Positions 54,655 through 64,000 of a stretch of 64,000 nt of DNA are shown here, piece by piece (the first letter of the stretch is position 1; each line of letters starts with the position of its first letter). A program made the translations under genes and the position numbers. Location of the stretch: the NCBI GenBank assembly GCA_040285825.1, contig JAUPSS010000001.1:1426001-1490000 (forward strand), in the 5' to 3' direction. Under the pieces are notes generated by a model, which was not told the DNA's origin, made no database searches, and saw only the letters and a program-made list of their open reading frames with translations. This DNA comes from Eukaryota sp. TZLM1-RC (Eukaryota; Protista; Metamonada: BaSk clade).

Positions 54655-55755
54655 AAAAGTTGTTTTCCTGAAAAAATTGATCTCATTGAAAATTGTGGCA
54701 GCTCTTATCTGATTTCTTTGCAACAGGAAATTGAAACTCTTTCACCCAATATTTGGTCTAAATATTTCCCCTCTGATATTGTGGAACTTCCTCCAAGAAG
54801 CTTGCTCTCCTTACCACTGACTTTTGCAAAATTGCGGAAAAAATCTTGAAAGTTTTAGAAAACTTGGATTATATTGTACGTCTTAGCTTGGCTAAAGAAA
54901 AAAATCCCGTTTTTGCAAACTTTTTGATTGATCTTGAAGACAGTTGCTCAAGTTGCCCAATCTCCCAAATTCCCAACATTTACGGCCTTCTACTTAATGA
55001 TCACCAATGAACCACTGCAATGAGATTGAGATGTTTTCTATGGCCTTGTTCATTGCCAAATGATTTAATTTGCCGCTGCAAGAGTGTTGTTACGCTTTCC
55101 CATATTTTAAACTGTAAGTATTTCATAACTTATCGCTCACTTGTTCACGACTCAGTTCGTGATCAATTATATGCCATGTGCAAAAGTTTCAATATAGAGG
55201 CATTTATTGAGCCACTAGTACGTAAGCTGTCTTCAGATCAAACTGATGATTCCTTTGGTAAAAGAAGGGCAGATTTAGTAGCTCCAGGGATCGATGGTGT
55301 TCTCAATGTTGTAGACGTTGTCTCAGTGGATGTTTGCAAAAATTCTGCTGCTCGTTTAGTGTATTCCGCTGACTCGCCGTTATCTAACGCCGAAAAAAAG
55401 AAGATAAAAAAATATGAAGAACCTTTGGCACAGTTAGGTAGAGTGGAACATGTGAAATATCAGTTTGTGCCGTTTGCAATTTCTCTTTTTGGCAATATTG
55501 GACCTTCAGGCTTGCACTTTTTGGAAAATTTTAAAAAAGTGTTACTGAATAGGTCTAGTAAAACAATGAATTCCACTTTCTGGTTAAATAGAATTGTTTT
55601 TTGCATTTTCAAGTCTATTCCAACAATGCTTTCAAAGGCATTTTTGGCTATTGGTGTCGAATATGAACGTAATGCTGTGAGTAGGTTTAATAATAGTGAC
55701 GCTTGTTTGGAGGATATTGAATTCTAGATAGATTTTTTTAATCTCAATAAATATT
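54655..55755 (+). mobile_element. CRE-like non-LTR 3' portion (third family)
   Basis: ORF 55020..55727 has CRC..HILNC, RRADL..VDV..KKY and PFAISLFG; ends EDIEF* + AATAAA. Confidence 0.88.
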
Positions 55756-55992
55756 CCGGTTAGCTTTTCAAGAATATCAATTAAAACAGATTAAACCATG
55801 AACAGATGAATAGAGTCCCTTTCGATGAAGTTGAAAAGGGTTTCGATAATATTTGGCTAGGTTTTTCAATCGAAACAAAATGGTTTTGATGTGTTCTTAA
55901 CTGCATTATTGATGGGTATTATTTACTGATTATTTCTGTTGATGCAACAAGCAAAACAAAATCAAAGAATACACAAGCTTTATATCCTAGAT

Positions 55993-57642
55993 TCAATGAA
56001 TTCCCACTTTCATTTTTAATAAATCTCTCATTTTGCTCGCAATTTCCAACTCATTTTCAAAATGAGACCTCGCAGGATGAACACTAAGAATCTCACACAC
56101 TTGATCATAGTACATCATGCCACGAACAGCATAGGCAGACTCTTGCATTGGATCCAAAGCGGGGATGGTCGTCCATAACTTTGCTGAAAGAAAAGTGGCT
56201 GAAAGATAGGTATCAAGGAAATCATCTCCAATGTACTCAATGGACGATCTCACTACTTTTCCATATTCTTCAGGACGCTTGTACTCTTTCAAAGGATCAA
56301 AGACAAGACCAAAGTCTTTATCTACAATGGATAGAACATCATCCCTGCGAGAGCCATCCCTTATACATGATATACGGACATATAAACAATGCCGGAGGGC
56401 TGTACGTGCAAGAGAGACACATTTCTTGTGAATTTCCTTTATATCAGTTGCTAGAGCACGTTTTCCCTCTAGCAAGAAGTAATAAACATCTGCAACATCC
56501 AAGCGCATAACCCTTATAATGTCAGAGTAAGGTTGGGGATTAAGAGTTGGTATTATGGATTCCAACAGTGGAAGTCGCTTCTCATGATATCGCAACGCAT
56601 GTTCTCTGTCATCACAGCAAAGGGCCATGCATCTATGTGCTTGTGATGTACATTTTAACAGTGTGATATGATCTGTGACGTAGCCGTCTAAAACAAAGAA
56701 AGACAGTGCATCGTGGAAGTACTCCAAAGCAGAACGATAAAGACGATCTACTAGAGATATATCGACGTGCTTGTTTGATTGTTTATCTTCACATAAATCA
56801 ACTAATCTAGCCAACTCTAATCTACCTAAATGAGAATTAATGGTACTTTCGGTTTCCAATACAGTTTCACCATCCAAATTACTTAGAATTTCTCTAGATT
56901 GTATTAGTAATTGTTCAGCATCATTTAAATCATTATTATCAATAAAAAACTGTGCGAGATCAATCATATGATTTGACCACGTGATTCTTTCCTCTTCTGA
57001 TATACTTCCTTGTTTTCTGGCTAAAACCGCTTTTAAGAGATTTGCAGCAGAAACTTTGTCGTGTAAAGAAGTTCGAACTTGTGCCAACAAATAAAGTGAC
57101 TGTGTTAAATGCTCACAAGCTGGAGATGTTCCAGGAAAGGCATTGGTGTTAGGGTTGGGGTTGGGGTTGGGGTTAGATTTTCCAGATTCAATCAATTCTA
57201 GAGAGGGGACAAGATTGAGAGATGTAGCAAATTCTAAACAACTTGTTAATATAGTTGAAGCTTCCTCAAATTCAGATCTGTTGGCTTTAATGACGGCCAA
57301 GGAATTAACAGCTTCAAAGTATTCAGAAATATAACAGTCTATCTCAAGATCTTCTCTACCATGTAAATGGGAAAGAAACTCTGGAAGAAGGCTTTCGAGG
57401 CGACGAGAGGCTTCAGAAGTTTCTTCTGTGTTGAAATAGTTTATGGCTAATCTAGAGCGTATGGTGAGGAGATTGAGGGTATGAATGGGGTCTTCCTCTG
57501 GCTTTGATGGTTCTGAAAGTTCATCATAAAGGGATTGATAGAGGTCTCGAGCAGTGTATTTGTGAATGAAAGGGTTGGTATCAGGGGCATCTTGAAGATC
57601 TATGAGTACAATATCATGAAGTCGTTGAACAAAGGTTGACAT
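55993..57642 (-). CDS. KIF-binding protein (KBP/KIFBP-like, TPR-like helical)
   Basis: FFVLDGYVTDHI and LNPQxY motifs characteristic of the KBP C-terminal domain. First ATG at 57642 (the track's start is a TTG). Confidence 0.78.
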   Translation of the reverse strand: MSTFVQRLHDIVLIDLQDAPDTNPFIHKYTARDLYQSLYDELSEPSKPEEDPIHTLNLLTIRSRLAINYFNTEETSEASRRLESLLPEFLSHLHGREDLEIDCYISEYFEAVNSLAVIKANRSEFEEASTILTSCLEFATSLNLVPSLELIESGKSNPNPNPNPNTNAFPGTSPACEHLTQSLYLLAQVRTSLHDKVSAANLLKAVLARKQGSISEEERITWSNHMIDLAQFFIDNNDLNDAEQLLIQSREILSNLDGETVLETESTINSHLGRLELARLVDLCEDKQSNKHVDISLVDRLYRSALEYFHDALSFFVLDGYVTDHITLLKCTSQAHRCMALCCDDREHALRYHEKRLPLLESIIPTLNPQPYSDIIRVMRLDVADVYYFLLEGKRALATDIKEIHKKCVSLARTALRHCLYVRISCIRDGSRRDDVLSIVDKDFGLVFDPLKEYKRPEEYGKVVRSSIEYIGDDFLDTYLSATFLSAKLWTTIPALDPMQESAYAVRGMMYYDQVCEILSVHPARSHFENELEIASKMRDLLKMKVGIH

Positions 57643-57689
57643 GAGTATGGAATTGTTTTTTCTTTCAAGACATTGTTTCAAAATTCACA

Positions 57690-58110
57690 TTTCAATACCC
57701 TATACTGAAACGTGCATTTGTAAAAACTTGATGGCCGAAAACATTGGAAATTTATGACTTTGGGACAAAATATTTTGCAATAAAATGGAAGAATTTCCAC
57801 AGTTTTACTTTGTCTGTGTTCAGTTTTTGTTTTCCCAACAGTGCTTTACCATTTTCCATAAACGGAAGACTATCAGTAGAAGCAGGAATTCTTTTGAATG
57901 ATTTCCGAAAAATGGTCCAAGAAAAAACAGTGAAGAGATTTGATGTCTTTATGGCGCTTTCGAATTCAATTTGCAATAATTAATACATCTCTTCCCTTCC
58001 TCAATCGAATTAGAGAAGCTTCAGCTAGACTAGCAAATCAAGATTTTGTAGAGGAAATTTTTGTTCAATGATATTCGTCCCATTGGTGCTGAGTTTTATA
58101 ATTAGTGTGG
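57690..58110 (+). mobile_element. CRE-like 3' fragment (second family)
   Basis: PFSINGRLSVEA...NRIREA motif shared with the 19210 and 62960 copies. Confidence 0.75.
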
Positions 58111-58789
58111 AATTTCAAAAAAAGGATTTTAATAGAGAAATCGACTAAATTTTCAGTCTTGAAAAGTCTGTCTAACTATTTGAATAACCTTTTAAAAACA
58201 CTAATTACTGAAAAAACGTAGCTGAATATCTAAATTAATCAAATAACACTTGGATGCCTTAACAACTTCTTGGGATTATTGTTTCAATAATAATTTTACT
58301 CGTTTGTTCATTGATTGCTGTGCCTAACTAAAAATGCCCTTATTACTAGTACCAATTAGTTTTTTTATCCGATATCATCTGTTACAATTGTCTATTTAAC
58401 GTTAAATTTATCTCACTTTTGTGCAATAATCATAAACAACAAGAGTTTGACATATTGAAGGACAGCTTGATAATCTGTGTGATGTAAGGACATTTCGTAA
58501 TCGAGGAGATCGCAACTTGCATTTTTTAAATTTTCTCTAATGAAAAAATATGGCATTGGGTACAGATTAGTTACCACCTCATTCAGATTATATTTCCAAA
58601 TATGTATAGTAAATTTGATACCATTAAACAATTGAATAGGAAATAATGAGACAACCTACTCAATGAATCAAAATTGCCTTCTACTCTCCCAAAAGTATAT
58701 GTTAGAGACAAGTTTGTTTGACCAATTGGAGATTTGTATTCACCATCACGGTAACGTCTATAATAATGGTCTTTTGTCTCTGCCTTGAT

Positions 58790-59110
58790 AGTACTTTTTA
58801 TGCCTTAGAAACAACAATTCCTTAAGTTTATGGTACTCTCTTAACTGATTCTGCGTGGACTTTGAATATGAGATTTCGTTTCTTTATCTGGCCTGATAAT
58901 TTACCTCAAAATTTAATATGTGAATGTTTTCCAAAAATTACAATGACTCATTTGTTAAATTGTAAACATTTTATTACTTTTAGAAGCAAGGTTCACGATT
59001 CTGTAAGAGACCAGTTATATTGTATGTGTAAACTTCATAGAATTGAATCCTTTTTGGAACCTCTTTTGTCAAATCTGTTTAATACTGATGATTTTCATAG
59101 GAATGAATGA
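58790..59110 (+). mobile_element. CRE-like zinc-knuckle fragment
   Basis: Near-identical to the 51780-52060 region (WPDNLP..HLLNCKHFITFRSKVHD). Confidence 0.8.
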
Positions 59111-60492
59111 GATTTCGTTACTTTTCTAGTCTGATTATTTATCTCGCAATTGAAATTGTCGGAAAATAGCAGTAGATAAATTAGTTATTTATTTATTAAA
59201 CTTCCACACTTAACAAAATTAACTCATAACTAACAGGACGAAATTCACTGAACCACGATTTCCTCTACAAAATTTTGGTCTGCTTGTTTTCTCGACATTG
59301 CTTCACTATTCGATAAAAGAAACGATGTAATCTATTGATTATTTTCCAACCAGATCTTGCACCAACGTCTGGTTTCTACGCCATATATGGGCCTTAGTTT
59401 TCAACTTTTATTTAATGGTGTAAAATACACAAAACCTAAAACACACATATTGGAGCTTTTTAGCATAATAATGTGCCATTAATGTTCAAATAAACAACAA
59501 AAAACATCAAATATTTGTTCACAAAATAACTTACTTTATTATATGTTGTCTAAATGAACAAAGATATCTTCAATGGTATTGAAACAGGCTTCCAGTTCTC
59601 GTTCGTTTAGCTCAATTTAAACATTTTCCTATGAAATGCCATCAGAAAGCTTCAAATCAAGGAATATGCTAGGGAAAGAAGCGTTTTTGTTTGATGAATG
59701 ACTAACAGTTTTGTTTAACTTCCAAGCAGAGCTTTCAAGGAAAGTTTTCCAGGTATCATTACCGGATGAGCGAGGGGCAGGAGGTGTGTACATGGACTGT
59801 ACCGGTTGAGGCGTCGGTGGTAGAGCAGCATAAGTTGCAGTTTGTGGAGGGCCAGTAGTGGAGCATGAACTGAAGGAGTTATAGAAAAGGTTAAAAGATT
59901 ACAGAGGAATCCTAAAGCTGGAATCAACAGTTGAGTGAGGGAAATAGGAACCTATTTTATCAAGTAAGGGGAAAGTGAGGAAATGGTGAAAACCTCCCAG
60001 AACAGGCAACAAGAAGTCGAAAATGGAGTGACAAGAGTAAAATTTGATAGATGAGAGGATTATTCTCACTACATGACAGACACCCATTCTGTGCCACGTG
60101 TATTCACTCGGTCTTGTGCAGTTAACTGGCTGGAAACGAGTGTTTTGAAATACGTCATTTCACAGATTTCATGCAATATTAGTCCCCATAATTCGAAAAA
60201 CAATTCCTTTTGTTATTGCTTTCTGTGCACAGTTCAACTTAAATAGAAAATATCAGTGTGTGAATTTGAATGGAAGAAATCAAAAAATATCAATGAGACA
60301 ATGAATTTAAATTCATAATTACGTGATACTTTCCTAAATCGATAGGTTACATTGAGTGACAACAAACAGAACAAACAATGTGTTGTTATTGCTATAGTGT
60401 TTTTCAAAACATTGTTCATTATATTTAACATAAAATTTATGCTAAAAGCAGGATAGTATGGTGACGAAATTAAACTGCTACAATATTTATCT

Positions 60493-62182
60493 TCAACAAT
60501 TTTGGTATCTCGAATAGCGGCTATGGTAAACATGGTCCCTGAAATGAACTTCCTCTACGCTGTTCCAGATAAAAAAGCTTCGTTTGAAGCGTTCATATTT
60601 GAGATTGTGGTTTTCATTTGTCAGGCACCAAAAATGATGGACAGTCTTTTCTTCATCCCATCTTACTTCCATACACTCTTGACCCCCAATTGTGTGACGT
60701 TGATTAGTGAACTCAATGTTCCTAGAAGTCCAATCTGGGAAGAGTTTAAAAGACAAATCATGAATATGACTGACACAGATGACATTATTCATAGAACTTC
60801 CACAATTATTCCAGTAAATTGTTCCATCTTCACAAAAGGCAACATCAGACCATTCAGAGTGTAATGAGGAAGAATCATACCAGTATTCTCTTGCAAAATC
60901 AATAGCTACAACATCACCACTGTGGGTAAACTCGATGGAAGCAGGGGTGAGATCAAAAATGATTGTTGGATCATCTCCAATGAGAAACTCAGTGGACAAC
61001 GGCATGTGGCGTTGACCATATACAGTGATTGTATATGAGGCTCCATGTTTAATGTCAACATACCTTCTGATGATTCCATTGCTATTGGTCACCAAGGAAT
61101 CCTCTCCATTAAAGTCAATCATAGCACCAGCCACAGAATATCCGTTTTGCTTAACTTTCATGGTAATTTGCGTACTTTCATAAACAGTAATGTTATAATG
61201 ATTCATGTCCTCATAAACATCAATATCATAGTGCATGTCCTTCCAATATGGATAAATACCAATTTCACCTGGACCTTTAGCAACCTTAGAGAACGTAAAA
61301 TGGCCATTTGAATTGGGTTTGACTTGGTGAGTGGTATTTGCAGAGTCAATAAGGCGTACGTCAACAACATCAGAAGGCTCATCCCATAAATACAATGTTC
61401 CAGTAACAGTGTAGGTCTTAATCACTGTTATGTCTACGTTTTGACGATCATCCATGGATACAGTAAGCAATTTATCATCAAAAGAATCATCAGTGGCGGT
61501 GACAGCAACATCAAAATCAGATCTGCAGTATCCATCAACAATAAGGCTGAATCTTCCAGAAGAGTCAGTACTTTGGCTCCTTTGTGCTGAAGACCCTTCA
61601 GTAGCTTTAACTGAAACCCAAGCGTTGGATGAAGGTGAACCGTCAAAATAAATTGTTCCTGAAACTTCAAACTCTTTAGATGCTGGTTTGGGACCAATAG
61701 ACAAATTATGTGCTTCAGAGACAACTTCTGTAATTTTTAATGATTCAAAACACTGATCAGGACTTGAGACTGCTATTTCAACAATATCATCCGGATTTGC
61801 AAGCAGAATGATGTCAAAATGGCCGTTAGTTGTATTTGTTGATTTTTCCTTTTCAGAGCCTTCGATACCAGCAACAACATCAGCTTCGACAGATTGACCT
61901 TCCAAGAAAACAGACCCTGAAATGGAAAAAGAAGTCCTCGGATCGGATGGATCGGATGGAATTTCATCACTCATGATCAGAACAAAGAAAACCATTGCGG
62001 CGATCACAACACCAATGAAAAGAATAAAACATGCTGTATTCTTGGTTTGAGGTTTGGTGGTCCGATCAACAGTGTGATTGAGCTTTGTGATAAGTGGTTG
62101 CTCCAAATCGACTGAAGGGTGTGTTTGCTTCTGGTGTCAGATGCTACTGTTGACATACAAGTATCTCCTGTGGTTTGCTCAT
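60493..62182 (-). CDS. Type II membrane protein with repeated beta-sandwich (carboxypeptidase-regulatory/CnaB-like) domains; two exons (62182..62159, 62130..60493)
   Basis: Single N-terminal TM (FILFIGVVIAAMVFFVLIM). Repeated SG.V...G.P..A.V...T...G.F motifs. Removing a 28-nt GT-AG intron joins ATG 62182 in frame (MSKPQEIL/KQTHPSVDLEQP). Confidence 0.78.
62131..62158 (-). other. 28-nt spliceosomal intron
   Basis: GTATGTcaacagtagcatCTGACacCAG; contains an in-frame TAG, and its removal restores the frame. Confidence 0.8.
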
Positions 62183-62959
62183 GACTGTTGAAGAAAGTGA
62201 AAAAATGTGTTTTTGTTTGAAATTTTTGCAATATGAATATCAATAATAATCAAACAACTCGAGACGTCCCCAATATACAAAACTGCAACATGACAATTGG
62301 TTTAGGTCAAAACGCAAAATCCAAAAATTACAAGTTACGTTTTTTGACCCTCACGATGTTTTGTTAATTCTCCTCCCAAACAGAAGTGTTAACCTTGAAG
62401 ATTCAATATTGTATTTCTGTTGTAATTTACTCAGTTTGTAGTATAATGAATATTCCCCTTTTGTGCTCAAGTTGAGGGAAATACCATATTCCACGTGAAA
62501 AATTACATACTGCAATACACCCTATACACCCTCATGTCCCAAGAACATAGTCATAATCAACAGTAAAGTAGGTTTAGAGACAAATAATACTTTTTGATCA
62601 GATGCTCGTTGTTAAAGTTTAATTTGACAATTACATCTTGAAGTCGACGAGTTGCTACAGTGACTTCAATGAGCTAAGTCGACTTTGGAATTTATTTATC
62701 ATCAATTTCGCCATCAAAACACTGTAGGTTCTTGTGTTCTAAAAACTGGAAACAAACAATTTCTCCTTGTGATTGAGGAAAATGGTTTTGCCATTTTCGT
62801 ACAAAGTATTTCGTCCTGTTGTATTTGGACGACAAAGTGAGTCTAACAATATTGGTGATTACTTTCTTTTAGTGTAGTATTTATTGAGAGTTGGGTGCGT
62901 AATTTGAAAAAAATTTTCTGAATCAATGATGGAGAACAGTATTTGGAGTATAAAAATTT

Positions 62960-64000
62960 ACAAAAACCTACACACTTGACAAAATGAAATTATATCTAAT
63001 AGGATGAAATTCATTGAACCCAAATAAATTAAAAACCAAGTCTGTTTGGAAATCATTCAAATTCAGCATTAGCCTCATCGATATCTTTGTAACTTGCTGT
63101 CTAGCTAAAGCTTCTCTAATTCGATTGAAAAACCGAGGTAATCTATTAATAATGGCCAATTAAAATTCGGAGCGCCATAAAAAATATCAAATCTTTTCAT
63201 TGTTATTTCTTGAACCATTTTTGAAAGTCATTCAAAAAAGTTCCTGCTTTTACTGATAGTCTTCCGTTTAAAGAAAAGGGGAAAATGATAAAAACAAGCA
63301 GTTTATTTCTATCAGCATTAGCTTCTTCGATATCTTTGTCATATTTTCTATGTTTTTTTTGCTTTAAATTCCAGAGCACTTACAGGATTAAGTTTTCTTC
63401 TGTGAACCAAAGTATCGTTTGCAACATTACAGGAGACAGAGTCAACAACAGCTTCAGAGTTATGAATCCAATCACAGTATACATCACCTCTGTCATCAGA
63501 ACCAAAATTATTCAATGATAGTGTTTCCTTCAGCAGGGGCTCTTTGATACACGATATCCTTGCAGTTCGTGCAATATTGAAAACAGTGTCTTTAACAGCA
63601 TCATGAATGAAGAACGATAAGTTATCAATTTAGAGCAATTCAGAGCATGACATAAAGTGAGATGTGGTGAATTCGAACAAATACATTGTTCTTTTGATAA
63701 TAATTGATAAATAGGGATATTCAAGATCGAAGCATGAGTGAAGATCTTGATTTAAAACAGTCGAGCTGCGTATATTATTATAAAGATCAATTTCATACAT
63801 TCCAGTCAATCTTTTCTGTAATGTTCGAAGAGTGTATTTCAAATTTAAAAGATTCTTTTCGGGAATATTACCATTGAATGATTGGGGAAACCATTGACTC
63901 CATTTTTCTACATCAATTTTTGAAATTTCTTCACTTAATGCTAAAACAGTAGAACTTTGCGTTGTCATCAATAAATCTTCCCAAGCTGCAAATCTTTCAG
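62960..64000 (-). mobile_element. CRE-like non-LTR 3' portion (second family), runs off the window
   Basis: Homologous to the 31041 and 19210 copies; CIC..HALNC and FNRIREALAR. Confidence 0.82.

Noticed and set aside
57148-57176. Telomere-like TTAGGG/TTGGGG repeats
   Set aside because: Only about five units, in frame within the KBP gene encoding NPNPNPNP; a coding microsatellite.
1-64000. CRISPR arrays, tRNA or rRNA genes
   Set aside because: No regularly spaced repeats or recognisable structural RNA genes seen by eye.

Overview
AT-rich eukaryotic (protist-like, standard genetic code) DNA. A 28-nt intron with a fused branch point/3' splice site hints at a metamonad-type host; this is inference. 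Host genes are few: two tandem giant membrane-receptor paralogs with RCC1/BLIP-II beta-propellers (the first runs off the left edge and is missing from the ORF track), a divergent inverted pair of RCC1+LRR genes, a PRA1-family gene, a KIF-binding protein gene and a type II membrane protein. The rest is a nested transposon graveyard: a full-length Ty3/Gypsy element with identical 150-bp LTRs, an 827-bp internally deleted LTR element, two further LTR relics, an intact hAT DNA transposon, a two-gene IS630/Tc1-like element, a decayed Fanzor (TnpB-like) gene, and fragments of at least six CRE-like (RT + restriction-like endonuclease) non-LTR families. Best leads: (1) a covarying bulged palindrome/hairpin where the tRNA primer-binding site should be in three LTR elements, suggesting tRNA-independent priming; (2) RCC1 propeller receptors with conserved frameworks and hypervariable loops, plus mosaic RCC1-LRR paralogs, suggesting a diversified recognition repertoire; (3) a Fanzor relic with a candidate omega-RNA hairpin 28 nt upstream of a host start codon.
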